DNA from: Hormiphora californensis
Lineage: Eukaryota; Animalia; Ctenophora
DNA: 64,000 bases
Reading direction: 5' to 3'
NCBI GenBank assembly: GCA_020137815.1
Contig: CM035362.1
Location: 496,001 to 560,000 of the forward strand
Below, piece after piece: positions 11,701 to 24,900 of this stretch (position 1 is the stretch's first letter; each line of letters opens with the position of its first letter). The position numbers and the translations under genes were made by a program. The notes beneath the pieces were generated by a model. That model worked only from the letters and a program-made list of their open reading frames with translations, made no database searches and was not told where the DNA came from.

Positions 11701-14700
11701 AGGGGGATATAATTGTAAGTAGTGCGATATTGCAGTTTTGTTATTTACAAATTACAACTTGATATCGGATTTTCCCGATTTTTTTCTCTATTTAATACTT
11801 GCTCAGATCTCATTCTGAAGTTGATATCAGTCTGTAATGTTAAACATTGATTCTAATTCTATTCCCCCACTATAATATACATCCCCTCTATTCCCAGGGT
11901 GTTACATTTGACCATGTCCAACTGCAGTTTTATGTGAATGGAAAGTTGGCTGATGGCTGTGTCGCCTCAAACCTCCACACTCTAGTGTACCCTGTCTTTT
12001 ATGGTAAGGAACACCACCACCACTCTACAGTTTCCCATTGTAATACCTTTACTTGACAACAGTTACCCTCTTACAATTTCTCCACAGTTACCCCCTTCTT
12101 TCTCGACCTCTTGCAATCCACTCGGAGATCATTAGTCCTTTGCTCGATGTAGCATGTATTATAGGGTCTTGCTCACTGACTTGTAGCTATACACGTGGCG
12201 CTATTACCTAACGACTTGGGGCTATATCTACCTTCTTTTTATTTGGGGGGTTTCTTATCACACTAATACACTGTTATTATGATAGGAATGTGAAATAAAA
12301 CAGAAATCAAATAATAATAAATATCAAATATATATAATTCTAAACTAAATCCTCTACTCTCTCCGCTGCTGAACCCAGACTACTTCCAGTCCTGTACCCA
12401 CTATCAAGACACACAGACGGAGGTAGGGGGCTGGGACTGTGACAATCTGCAGGGGTTTGAGACTCGGCTCTGCTGGGTCCAGCCGGGGTCTGACATCTCG
12501 CACTGTGGGGTAGAACATCAGCTAAGATGGGGGAACTTATGGGCGGCCGGGCTAGTGACCAATCCCCCGGTAGACGTCTTTCTTTCTTTACTCGCGTGTT
12601 TATTGGTTCCACAAATCGTGTCTAGGGAGAGGGGAGAAGGACTAAGGGATGGAGAAGTTAACTCAACAAGGGGGGAAGGGTTGTCAAAATTTATCATCTA
12701 GCGGCTTCTGTGATGGACACTGTAGCATGTAAAGAAAACAGACGAATGACAAGTCTAGTTAAGTTGCCCGACGAATGACTAGCTCCTACCTCTTTCTCCT
12801 TGAAAAAGTAGTCCACGGCACTGGGGTATTTGCTAGACAACAGTACTAGGACTCCCACTGTGCAGTTTAGTATTCCTAGAACAGGTAGAGCGAACAGGAC
12901 AATGGGGCTGTATGTTAGGAATAACTGCTGGTAACCTGGAACATGTTAGGAATATGTTAGGAATAACTGCTGGTAACCTGGAATATGTTAGGAATAACTG
13001 CTGGTAACCTGGAATATTGAGTTTGTCAAACTCTGAGTTAAATGAGAAGGAGAAGAGTATACTCGATAATTTTACTAGCACCAGGGCTAGACACGGTATA
13101 TGCCATACGGATGGTCTAATTAATACTAATTAAATTAATTAAACACTAGTGAACTCTCAACTCACCAATGTGCATTTGTCTGTGCATCTTATAGGTAGTC
13201 CCCACGAAACCAAATACAAGACAGAGTTGTATAGCTCCTGACAGTATAATTAGCTGGCCCCCTGTTGCCCTGTCACCCACCGTTAGATAGGCCCAACTCA
13301 TCAGACTCGTAACGACCGATATCCTGTGTGTGAGGGGGTGTTAATGCCCATATATGGTGTTATGCCCATATATGGTGTTATAGCCCATATATAATGGTGT
13401 TATGCCCATATATGGTGTGTACCATGATGGGTGGAGTCATACAGGAGACAAACTGACTGCTTAGACAGCTGAGTGAGTGCAAACGATCAATGGGGGACTT
13501 GTATGGGTTTTATAAGCACTTGTAAGCGTTTTACAATCTTAAATCATACAATTCTTTCCACGATTGATTGAAGTGGGATGTGATAGAAAATAGGACTGAC
13601 GGAAGATACATTCCTAATCCTTGATCACATTTAAAAGCATCTCAGTTAGTTAGGGCGGGAATGGTCTGACTGGAAAAGTTTTGTCCCTTACCAAAGAGCA
13701 GTTTTGGCTGCGTACAAGTAGGGTTGAAGATTGAATCCTAACTGGGCACCACTCCCATATGGTTGGAACTGCTCTAGAACCCATGTTACTGGGAGGGGCA
13801 CGTCCCTGGTTTCTCTCTCAAACCTTCTACTATACTCCGCTGTAAAGGGGGTAGTGAGTTGTTTAGTAACTCAACAAGTAGTGAGTGGGATAATGTGGAC
13901 TGTGTTCTGATAATAATTATTATTCAGTATGCAAAAAATGTGCAGTTTGCGGTTATATTATATGTGTCCGCTGAGTTGTTGAAAGAATTACTAAAGGACC
14001 GCATAGAAATTAGAAAACTCTGGAAGACACCGAAAATATAACTGACCCATTTGAGTTTTGATCCCCAACCCCGAAAATATAACTGACCCATTTGAGTTTT
14101 GATCCACAAGCCATCCCAGGCGTGGTTGATGTAGAGAGAGAAGGTATGTTGTGTGTCTAGTAGTACCATTGTGATGCTGACCATGTCTAGTCCTATCTGA
14201 ACTGTCAGAGACATGGGGGATAACCACCATGATCTGTCTGGGGAGAGGGTTAGATATTGGTTAGATAGGGAGGGAGAGGGTTAGAGATTGGTTAGAGAGG
14301 GAGGGTGATTGGAGGGTTAGAGATTGGTTAGAGAGGGAGTTAGTCATTTGAGAGGGGCTAGAAGACTAGAGCAGGTTAGATATTGGAGATTCAAGAGAGT
14401 TAGGTTTTGGAGTGTTTTGGGGGATTAGTCATATAAGAGGGATTGGATTTGGAGGGGGATTGGAATATTAGAGACTAGAGAAGTGTGGATTGGTTTCCAG
14501 GGAACATCTCAATACTAAAATGCAATTGTGATGTTCATATTTACCTGTGAAATGTTCGTAACACATAACAGTCCCAGCAAGCCACTCGCACCAATAAAGG
14601 GCCAGCACCAACACCACTGTACTACCAGTACAATACACCACTTTTATACTAAACTGAACTTTCTGAGAGAGAGAGGGTTATAGAGTTTTAAAAGCAAAAC

Positions 14701-17310
14701 AATACAGTTAAATCAATACAATACAATAGTTAATTGAATAAATAACTTGATAATTAATAACAATATTTCAATTTGCACCTACCCGCCTGATAGAAGGTAT
14801 GACCAAGAGTAACGAGGTGCACAGAGTGACCACCACTAGGGACACAACAAACCCGAAACCCAGGTCAGGAGTGTACACAAAGTCCCGGTGGATCATGTTG
14901 TCACTACGGGGGATCAGAGTAGGGGTTAGGAAGGTATTCTGCAGGAGGGAGGGGGTTAGGAAGGGGATATTCTGCAGGAAGGGAGGGGTTAGGAAGGGGT
15001 ATTCTGTAGGAGGGAGGGGTTAGGAAGGGGATAGGAGGGATATTCTGCATAAAGCATAATAAATGTCGAATGATATCTGCAGAGATAAAGTTCCTGATCA
15101 ACCTTTCTATGTTAACAAGATTCGCCCCACGCAGTCCCTATTTGGTACAAATAGATATAGGCCATAGAAAGGTAGATTAGCTGCTAGGTATACCGGTTCA
15201 CCAACCAAAGATACTGGTGAAGAAAAAGACAAAATGATAAACTGTGTGTCTACATGATGATGATGTAGACTGGAATGTTGTTTACAATTGAGACTTGAGT
15301 TTTTGGCAAAAGCACTCTTTGTACATTAGACGACAGGAATCGAGAGAGAAATGGCAACAGGAATCGAGAGAGAAATGGCGACAGAGGAAGCTGATGAATA
15401 ACATGGAATTCATGATAACTTCCACGCAGCAAACAAAAGTGCAGATACAAACAAAGAGTGTTCTAAATATGGCAAATATATATCGGGAAATGGATAACTG
15501 GAAATTGGAGATTGTATCAACAACAACAACACTGAATAAGACTGGAAATTGCTGGTAGTAGTAGTGGAGATTGTATCAACAATTACACTGTATCAACACT
15601 GTACCAACACTGTACCAACACTGTACTCTTCTTCTTGGAGGCCGTCTCCACTGTACCAACACTACTGAATAACACTGAATTGCATGTACAGCGATTGAGT
15701 GACCTATGGTATACTGCTAATTTGGGGAATGATTTAACCGGTTACTTTCACACTATATGTCATCCCGGACTGGACGGGTAGCTGGGGGAAGAGAGAGGGG
15801 AAGCAATGAAAATGCATACTACACGCAGGGGTTGTTACTCAACAACTGAGGGGTGGAGCGTCTGTCAGCACGCTGTGCAGAGAAACGGGAGAGCTCTCCT
15901 GTTTCCAGAGAGGGGGGAGAGAAACATGAATATGAAGGAGAGGGAGAGAAACATGAATATGAAGGAGATAGAGAGAGACATGGGAGAGAGAGAAAGATAG
16001 GAGAGAGAGAAATAGGACGATGGGAGAGATAGAAGGATGAAGGGGAGTTGGAGGACTCTTTATTAGTGACGTAATAACAAAGTGAAACTCAGACATATCA
16101 TCACCATATATAATATTGGAGAACTTCTAGCAGAGCTTCTAGATGAATTCAGGACCAAAGGAAGATCTTATTTTGACATCATCCCTGCCCAAATAGTGTT
16201 TGACAAATCCATTATATTCTTCTGGTCTCTGGAGGTGCCTGTCGAGTCCCTTTTATCGTGTATCTTGTTTTATGATCAAATGATATATATCTGGTAGGAA
16301 TGTGACACCGCCCCTGACACCGCCGCTGAAGGTGACACCGCCGCATTGTTTAACTGATCGACCCCTCACATTCGCCGGACTTTAATTAGCTAATTATTAC
16401 ATCTTCATCTGAAGTCTAGTTATATTATAACTTATAAGAGACTTGCCGCTTTATGTAAGCTCAGATGAACAAAATTTAATTATTCGTTGAACATTTAACT
16501 GTAAGATTAACTCAGAACGTCTGTGAACAAACAGGGAACAACAGCAATAACATCATTCAGGCACCAAAACAGTGTGTATGTGTGTAATACACAGTTTAAC
16601 TGTGATGTACTGTGTGTGTTGTAATGGGGGCCTATAAAAATCAAACCCATCACACAAAATACGTCAGACCTGATTAGTACTAGCTAGCACACAAAATACG
16701 TCAGACCTGATTAGTACTAGCTAGCACACAAAATACGTCAGACCTGATTAGTACTAGCTAGCACACAAAATACGTCAGACCTGATTAGTTCTAGCTAGCA
16801 CACAACCCCCCACTTTGGAAAATAGTTATATTAATACCAACAGCTGCCACTAAATTGTGCATGGTAAACATGCTCTAAACTTGAGTTTGCAGTAGGTGGG
16901 TGGTGGGTGGTGTGTAATGTAACATTTAGTATACCTGCAGCAGCCCCAGTATACACAGGGTGTCCCATTCCCCCCCCCCAACTAATTGAGTGCTTCCTTC
17001 TTAGTTCAGCAGTGTGATGTAGTGTTACTGTACAGTAAAGTGCAGCACATCATGCAAGAACTAGAACTGTCTGTTGTTGGGAGGGAACTCTTCTCTCTGT
17101 GTGAGCACTAATTTGTAATAATTGGCAGATTGCACTCTGTCGGTACCGCACGAACCTCGACAAAAAGAATGAATGCCTGTACAATATAAAATATCAAACA
17201 TGTTCTGACGCAACAACTGCATCTAAATAAATAGTCAGCAGAAACTCAAAAGTGTGGTCACAGCATGTACAGCTGATGTAGGCCTAGGGGCAACAATTCT
17301 TTACAAACTT

Positions 17311-17350
<40 letters not shown>

Positions 17351-19331
17351 TCTCTCAACTAATACAGTCTATATTATTGCATTATTCTAGAAAAAACCGG
17401 AAGAAATGGGGCGGGGAAACTGCTGGGAAGTGTGTTACAAAAACTCACACAACCCAGATGTAAAACACACGTACTTCCATGGCCAATACTTGATATTAGT
17501 GATATGGGGAGGTAGTGGGATATATTCAGATATATGATGGGGTGGGGCGATATTGTCTACATCATACCTTTAAGGGTACACCTGGCGTTTTTCATCATCG
17601 AGTGCCCAACCAAATGACTTCACCAGGGTTTAGGCCATACAAAATGGACCTCAAATATGCAATTTTAGCCCTAAAGTCGAATTCATATTTTTGCTACAGC
17701 CTATTTTCAAAGTGGCGTTTTTTCAATTTTTGTTGAAATTTTTAACCTCAGGACCACTTTTTTTGAGATAGAAACATTAAATTCTTGGAATTTGAAGAGA
17801 ATATAAAGGTGAATAAGCCCAAAGAAGGATTTTTGAAATGGAGCTTATTTCTGGCCATGAGAACGGTTTACTTTTTTGCTTCTTTGACACGCTGGCTGAG
17901 AATGTTCCCATGCTTCATTAGAGATGAAAATCTGGAAATAGTTGCTCAAAACGATTATCTAAGTGGCCCAAAAATTTTGGAACTTTCCCGCCAAAGATGT
18001 GGTGTACAGAGCTTTTTTTGTGAAACCTGTCTTTTTGAAAAAGAGGGAAATTCCCTGTATCTCAAAAACGGATGATCGTAGAGACCTGGGACCAAGCTTA
18101 ATCGATTCAGAAGGTCCGATTTTGGGGGGGTCTTCTGAGAGACATTTTGCTCCTACTCCAACCGTTTTTGCTGTAATTGCGAAAAAGGTATCAGCAAGTA
18201 AGGGGGAAATCAGCCCGAAGCAGGCTACTGGAATAGAGTTGTTTCCCTTTTTCATAGAATTAGTTTTTTGCAATTACAGCAAAATCGGTTGGAGTAGGAG
18301 CAAAATGTCTCTCAGAAGACCCCCCCAAAATCGGACCTTCTGAATCGATTAAGCTTGGTCCCAGGTCTCTATGATCATCCGTTTTTGAGATACAGGGAAT
18401 TTCCCTCTTTTTCAAAAAGACAGGTTTCACAAAAAAAGCTCTGTACACCACATCTTTGGCGGGAAAGTTCCAAAATTTTTGGGCCACATAGATAATCGTT
18501 TTGAGCAACTATTTCCAGATTTTCATCTCTAATGAAGCATGGGAACATTCTCAGCCAGCGTGTCAAAGAAGCAAAAAAGTAAACCGTTCTCATGGCCAGA
18601 AATAAGCTCCATTTCAAAAATCCTTCTTTGGGCTTATTCACCTTTATATTCTCTTCAAATTCCAAGAATTTAATGTTTCTATCTCAAAAAAAGTGGTCCT
18701 GAGGTTAAAAATTTCAACAAAAATTGAAAAAACGCCACTTTGAAAATAGGCTGTAGCAAAAATATGAATTCGACTTTAGGGCTAAAATTGCATATTTGAG
18801 GTCCATTTTGTATGGCCTAAACCCTGGTGAAGTCATTTGGTTGGGCACTCGATGATGAAAAACGCCAGGTGTACCCTTAAAAAGTGCGGCACGACGGGGG
18901 TCAATGACAGGATATGATGAGTCATTCAGCGAAATATATCCATGAGCCATAGAAATAGTTCGTGTTTTAACTTTGTAACAACTATGACCTAGTTGGTGTC
19001 TCCCCTTGTTGTTGTATCCCCTTACTGAATATGACCGGCTCTATACCATCTCTTCCTCTGCACTTGACCCCAGACCTGTACCACTTCCTGACATACCCCA
19101 TTAAAACATTCCAGACAGGGTACAGCTCATCTCTACATTACCCCGGCCCCTTTAGTAGTATTAGTAAGGTACAAGTAAGGTATTTCTAACTCCTCCCCTT
19201 GTTTCATCTCTAACTCCTTCCTGTTTCCCTCAGTTGACGATGGAGCGATATTAGATGTTAACTTTGAGAAGTTTTACTACGAGCCACCACAAGGATACAG
19301 CTCGATCATGAAGGAACAGGATATGCTTTAA
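6578..19331 (+). CDS. SPRYD7: SPRY domain-containing protein 7. Exons ~6578-6693 (5' frame problem at ~6614), 6811-6927, 11554-11714, 11898-12003, 19234-19331
   Basis: Joined peptide PVSLDSNKIGSETVIVKSGRRICGSGGALADTPLNQDKTYFEIKVQASGVWGVGVA..EGDIIGVTFDHVQLQFYVNGK..VYPVFYVDDGAILDVNFEKFYYEPPQGY is colinear with SPRYD7 (VVIVKNGRRICGTGG..YFEFKIQ..GITYDHVEL..VDDSAILD). Confidence 0.92.
9351..11100. mobile_element. Non-autonomous Tc1/mariner-type element, ~370-bp TIRs, TA TSD, in SPRYD7 intron 2
   Basis: TA|CAGGGTGTCCCACTGTC ... GACAGTGGGACACCCTG|TA; TIRs ~9351-9720 and ~10730-11100. Confidence 0.9.
9804..10348. mobile_element. MITE with poly-G/poly-C termini, nested in the 9351-11100 element; flanking repeat AGAGCT
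   Basis: G-run+TCCAGCCCTAAAAAAAGCTAA ... TTAGCTTTTTTTAGGGCTGGA+C-run; AGAGCT at 9798-9803 and 10349-10354. Confidence 0.75.
12340..14896 (-). CDS. DUOXA: Dual oxidase maturation factor (DUOXA)-like, ~371 aa. Exons 14896-14783, 14662-14545, 14237-14088, 13839-13692, 13323-13166, 12935-12790, 12621-12340; nested in SPRYD7 intron 4
   Basis: Seven GT-AG exons, all phase-consistent. Peptide blocks LLLVIPSIRRK, EWLAGTV, LTVQIGLDMVSITM, DVPLPVTWVLEQF, AKTALWISVV, GGQLIILSGAIQL and LGILNCTVGVLV..DYFF parallel DUOXA1 (FIVILPGIRGK, EWSVGQV, LQVGLGGVNITL, GLPDPVLYLAEKF, GGYMLLATGIFQL, ..KAFF); five hydrophobic segments. Confidence 0.8.
16651..16803. repeat. 37-bp tandem repeat x4 (CACACAAAATACGTCAGACCTGATTAGTACTAGCTAG)
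   Basis: Seen directly. Confidence 0.95.
17574..18876. mobile_element. 1.3-kb palindromic non-autonomous DNA transposon, TTAA TSD, GG termini (Kolobok-like)
   Basis: TTAA|GGGTACACCTGG ... CCAGGTGTACCC|TTAA; ~610-bp TIRs and ~80-bp spacer; second copy at 53730-55033. A TTAA TSD with purine termini fits Kolobok better than piggyBac (CCC termini). Confidence 0.85.
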
Positions 19332-19525
19332 ATTATTACAAGTGGTGCAATTATTAACTGTTGAGACAAGTGGTGCAATTATTAACTGTTATAACAAGTG
19401 GTGCAATGTTATTATGCATAATGGTGTTTCCCTGGGGTGTATATCAAGTGTGATGGACAATAATGGGAGGGATAGAGGAGTTTTATTAATATATATACGT
19501 TCTTGTTACTACTTGATAATTAATA

Positions 19526-20633
19526 CCGCGTGGCCCAAATTAAAGGGAGGGTACGTTGGCCTTCTTTTCACCCAGAAGTTTAATTTCAATCACTCTGATA
19601 TTTTGACACAATGTCTGCATGGTTACTCATTCGAGGAATCCTAAGTTTCAGCCCTCTGGATAAAAGTTCATTTTTTTTCGACCGAATGAACATTGAATGA
19701 ACACCAATGTGGGACCATATTTCGGTACAAAAGTTTCACAAATTTGTTTGGCTATCGATTTCCTTTCGAATGGGACCAGTTTAAGCTTAATTGGATCACC
19801 ACAAGAATCACAGTGATCCGTTTTCTAAGCCTAGGGTAAGTCATGTGATCTCCATCAAATTATGACGTGTTAGCAAGAGAGCTTACATTTTAACGGATGC
19901 TGTATCGGTACACCATCCTCATTAGCAGACGTGCTACGTGATACTCGTCCGTTACACCTGCTTATTGGCACTTAGTAATGACGCTATCGTCTCATTAGGT
20001 GTCAGATGACCAAACCTAGGGTTAGATAACTAGACACTGTGTCTCTTGTGGTGGTCCAATGGAGCTCAAATTAGTCGCGTTTGAAAGGAAATCGATACCC
20101 GAAGGCGACTGTGAAATCCCGGTTCCAAAAAGCATTCCTGTTTTCAAGTTCATTCAGGATTCATTCCAGTCGGAAAAATGAATTTTAAGATAGAGAGCTT
20201 AAATTCCGGCTAACATCAAAATTGATCAAATGTAGTGGCCGTACAGATTTTTAGCGCCTGAATTTACCGATTTCTGGTCAAAACAGGTCAAAATCGATGT
20301 TTGGTAAAAAATATCATCTTTAAATAACTTATTTCACCCACTAAACTTGATTCAATTTTCATAAAAATTCAGATTGCCATTTGTTGATACTTGCTCTATT
20401 GTATGGCGGTTTTTTAAATAATAAAATCGAATTTAATCAAGAGAAAACCTCAAAAAACCCGGAAAACGAAAAATTGAGTTCATTAATGAACTTTCAACTT
20501 TTACGATTTGAAACTTCGGATTCCTCGAATGAGTACCCATGCAGACATTGTGTCAAAATATCAGAGTGATTGAAATTAAACTTCTGGGTGAAAAGAAGGC
20601 CAACGTACCCTCCCTTTAATTTGGGCCACGCGG
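19526..20633. mobile_element. Non-autonomous TA-TSD DNA transposon (~125-bp TIRs) just downstream of SPRYD7
   Basis: TA|CCGCGTGGCCCAAATTAAAGGGAGGGTACG ... CGTACCCTCCCTTTAATTTGGGCCACGCGG|TA. Confidence 0.88.
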
Positions 20634-20828
20634 TATATATATATCAAGTGAAATATATAGTACCGTGCAGCTGTGCTAATTACAGAGATGTCTTGAGAGA
20701 GATGCACCGTGATACAACCAAGTGTCACGAACTGTTACAGAGCTTGACGCACTAACTAAGGAGTAAAACTCAGTAAAAGCTGAGTGCAGTGATGATTTGA
20801 AGATGCTGGTGCGCTATAATATGTATTA

Positions 20829-21053
20829 CAGTGGTCATCCGACATAATTGCCATACCTCGACGTGAAATTCGACCTGAATCTCGACCTGGAAGGAGGCGC
20901 GCATTCGTAGTGAGAGAGACACAAAGACTAACGAGAGAGAAGAGTTGAAGCGCGACATCATTTGCTTACTGCGGCACATCTCTCTGATGCTCGCCTCATT
21001 CCAGGTCGAGATTCAGGTCGAATTTCACGTCGGAATATGTCGGATGACCACTG
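20829..21053. mobile_element. 225-bp MITE, CAGTGGTCATCCGACATA TIRs, TTA flanks
   Basis: TTA|CAGTGGTCATCCGACATA ... TATGTCGGATGACCACTG|TTA, with long internal inverted repeats. Confidence 0.8.
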
Positions 21054-21927
21054 TTATGTCCGTGTGTGTGAATGTATGTGTGTAAATACTAATGTGGTGA
21101 AAGCTATACTTCTAGAATCATGATAAAGCTGTCTGGCGGCGACAAACTCCGTCTTGATCGGCTCGGCCAGACAGTGGTTAGGAGATAGGAGGAGGGTATC
21201 GTTGGGTGATCAGGGTCTAACAAGGACTACCATTATATGTTTCCTATTATTATCGAGCCAAATGGTGTCTAGTTTGTATCCTTCTCTAGTCCTCATGATA
21301 GTGAGGTATGAAGGGTTGGGTACAAACTAAAACGAGCTGTCTGGCGCCGCCCAAACCCCGTTTTGATGATCTGCGCTCAGATGGCGCCACCAGACACCGT
21401 TTTGATTCAGTTCGGCGCCACCAGACAGCTGAGATCGGTTCGGCGCCATCAGACAGCTAAAACGAGGTGCTGACAAATGCTTTTATTTGAATTTCGTTCC
21501 ATCCCATAACATACACCGTGTTTTTATTTTATCCAGCGTGTAAAGGGGCAAAGCATACTTAGCATCTGGCAGACATCTGTCTGGTGGCGGGCAGGTCTCT
21601 ACCTGCCTTCAGTGTGTTTTGCCCCTAATATAACAACAATTTGAAACAAATTTTCTAAGAAACAAGATATAACTCACAAATACACGTTCAAATATGTACA
21701 ACACCCAACAAATAAATCTCTCGTAATATTAGATGTCAAGATAGTAAAGTAGTTGGTCGCGTAGGGATCGCCCTACGGGCGCGCGAACATGGGGAGCGCG
21801 ACGTGCCCAAGTAAAGTAGATCAAGTCGATACAACACTTTTCATATAAATATCCAAAATATCATCCAAAAATGTTTATCAGTTCAGATGCTGCATCACCT
21901 AAATATGAAACGCTGTCTCAATACATT

Positions 21928-24900
21928 CTACACAGTGGCTCGTTTCTCCTCTGGTTTCAAATAGTAATAAGCCACATTAGCAAGAGTCAGTAGTGCGAAT
22001 ACACCATTACATATAACACTTGTTAGGGAAGTGAATGTAGTTCCGTATGTTAGGATCAGTAGTAGGAAAGAGGAGAGGATGAGCCGTTTTGTTGTTAGTA
22101 GATCGTGAACGCAGATAAACACCTGATATAGTGGAGTGAGTTAGGTGTGATATACTAAACTAGATTGTAGACTATAGCAACTAAAATTTGGATTCCAACC
22201 TCCCTATTTCTAACTTGTACAACCCTATACCCAACTGTAATCCTGCATTTTCGGAACGTGTTCGTCTCACCATTGCACGCCGCATGCTGTACCAAACCCG
22301 GGCGAACAAGCTAACAATAGTGCAATTACATGCGCGCGATGCAGTATATCGCATGGAAGTTCACCACTGTTAGCTCCCCGTTAGCTCGCTCACCCGGGCT
22401 AGCTCGTGCACCCGCGACGCGCAACGTGTAGACGAACACGCTCCGAAAAGAGAGCATTAAGGACAGTCACAAAGGTCCCCATACCCAGCTCCCAAAGACA
22501 AATGTTCTCTTTTCATTTTCTTTATTCTTACCAGATAGAATGCGACCACGGTAGAGAGAATGCTTGTTAGTGTCGTCATAGCGTCCTGAAATAATTGGAT
22601 TTTTAAGTCTTTTCAAAGACCATCTTTAAGAGAAGCAACTGTAGCCCTTGCCAGCACAATATTGAAATAAAAACTCGGAAAACACAATTTCTCTATTTTG
22701 TCTTCACGTGCGCGCCACCAACCCTGTGTGAGAGACAGCGCGCCCTCCTGTACAGTGCAGCAGAGATGCAGCAAAGTGACGAGATGTGATGTGCTGTATT
22801 TTCCAGTTTAGCTCGGTGTTTTGCAAAGTGATGAAACAGGGTGGAAACTGATGCAATATAAAGTTGGTGAGGTGTTCCTGTAAAACATTACTCACCCCTT
22901 TTTACACACACTAAAACTATTGATATTGTTACTCACATGAATTTTAAAAGCGACGATAGTCTTCAGAAACGCTATGATAGTGAGAGGGACGAGGAGAGCT
23001 ATCTCTTTCCACTCCAATAACACACGTTCTGGGAGGTAATTAATTAATTTAAACTTAATTAACTCATTATATTCAAAACTAATCCGGTATAATTATCACA
23101 TGATTGGCTTTCTTGATATGACCACGGATGAATCCCCTCTGATCCTGCCCGTAATTCCCAAAACAACAAGTACAATAACATCTTACAAGATTTGCGTACA
23201 ATGTGAGAGAGAGGGTACAACACCATGTTATGTTCTAACCCTCTCATGGAGCAAGAGGGTCGATCACAAGGTCCTAACAACACCTACTTTTCTTCTTGAT
23301 GATCCCAGTAGAAAATCCGAAAGGTTGGGTGGTGATCTTATTGAGTATCTCTGAAATGTGCTGTCTAGGGGGTTGGACACCAGTAGAGAAGGAGTTTTGA
23401 GGGTCAAAGGGGAATTCCACACTCGACTTTAGCTCGTCAACTGCAGGGTAAATTACAGGGTGTTACACATGTGTCATATCGAGGGTGTTAGTTGAAATTC
23501 TTTGGCACCGGTAGTGTAATAAATTTTCATGGGGTAAGGCCCATTTATAATGGGCTTTGAAAAGATTATCAACGTAGGGCGTCGTTACGACATCGTATTA
23601 CAACATTCAAAGAGAACTGTCTAGGTTTCAATTATACTCTATAGAGACAATCCTTGTGTTTTAGTAGTTCAGAAATGAGCCTGGAAGAATAACAATGTTA
23701 GGGCCAACTTAAATGAAAGCTGGAATCCCACTTTCGATCATCATGAAATTTAAGGATTATTATACCTAAGCAAAATTTGATGTATGTTAGTGTCAGGGCC
23801 CTGGATACTTGGTAACGAAGTTACCCCTCCCTTGCCGGCGCGGCGTGCGAAGCACGCCAAACGAAGGCCGCGAAGCGGCCTGAGTAGGGGTAACAAACCC
23901 GCTTTGATTCACTTCAAAAATTAATAGCTCCTCAACCACTCAATGAAAATGCACCAAATTTTGGTATTCCCCACCAAATTGTCTGAAAATTATAATTCTG
24001 TACTCATATTTAAAAAATTATCCCCGGAACCTTGGTTTTGAAATCAGTTTTAGGTGTTAATGATGAAAAAAAATTTTGAAAAAGTAGGTCAGGTATGCTT
24101 AACATCATATCAAAGATCGTGGCAAAGTTTGAAGTTTCTATCTTGAAAGGTCTGGCCATCAAAATTAAAAAGGTCTTGAAGTTGAACCATTTGTACAAAA
24201 CATGTTGTAACTCAGCTTCTACTTTGCCAAATTAAACCTGGTTTGAAACACTGAACTGCTAATCTATCCCTCCGAATACGGACGAAGTTTGAAACCGCCA
24301 GCTCTATTGGCCGCTCTGCAATACTTGTTTGTGTCAAAGAAATCAGGAAAGTAACGAGATTTGGTCTCGGTGTGGCCCTGTGCGCGGCTCAAACCCCTTA
24401 GCTAGAACTATGTAGTGTAGACTACAACTTTTCAGTGCTCAGTATAACGTTTTGGGCGCGCTATAAAAATAGGGGAAGCCCTTCTGATACCTCTAAACAG
24501 AGTGTGAGGTGTCTTCGATACCAACCTGGATACATGTAACCAGTAAACCCAATTGGGTGTGCCTTCATGGTAAGGGCCATGTTAGTTTGGGTTTCACTGT
24601 GGGTTTACTTTGGAGTCCTAGGAAAATGTCCTTGTAGGCTATAATACTACTTTGATGTCAAAAAAGCACTTTCCAAGGTTTTAATAAATCTATCATCACT
24701 AGTTTTAAAGCCCATACATAATGGGCTATAAAAAGATTTCTCTCTGCTGTGAGAGGTTGGTTACTGTGTAATAAAGGAGAACATGCTACTTTCAATTTTC
24801 TCTTAGAGACAATCCTTGTGTTTTAATACTCCAGAAATGAGCCTGAAAGAATATCATTTTGAGGGCCGGCCCTAAAGATCAAAAGTGGAGTTCTATATTT

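Noticed and set aside
12936-13125. Apparent new 73-nt intron created by AG|GT duplication plus an extra exon 13009-13125
   Set aside because: Direct splicing 13166 to 12935 gives MHIGYQQL, colinear with DUOXA, so the extra copies are better read as decoy acceptors.
16651-16803. 37-bp repeats resembling a CRISPR array
   Set aside because: Head-to-tail with no spacers, in a eukaryotic context without cas genes.
17785-18665. Repeated 96-aa ORF MEFEENIKV.. (also at 53941 and 54532)
   Set aside because: It lies in the TIR arms of a non-autonomous palindrome and has no transposase motifs.
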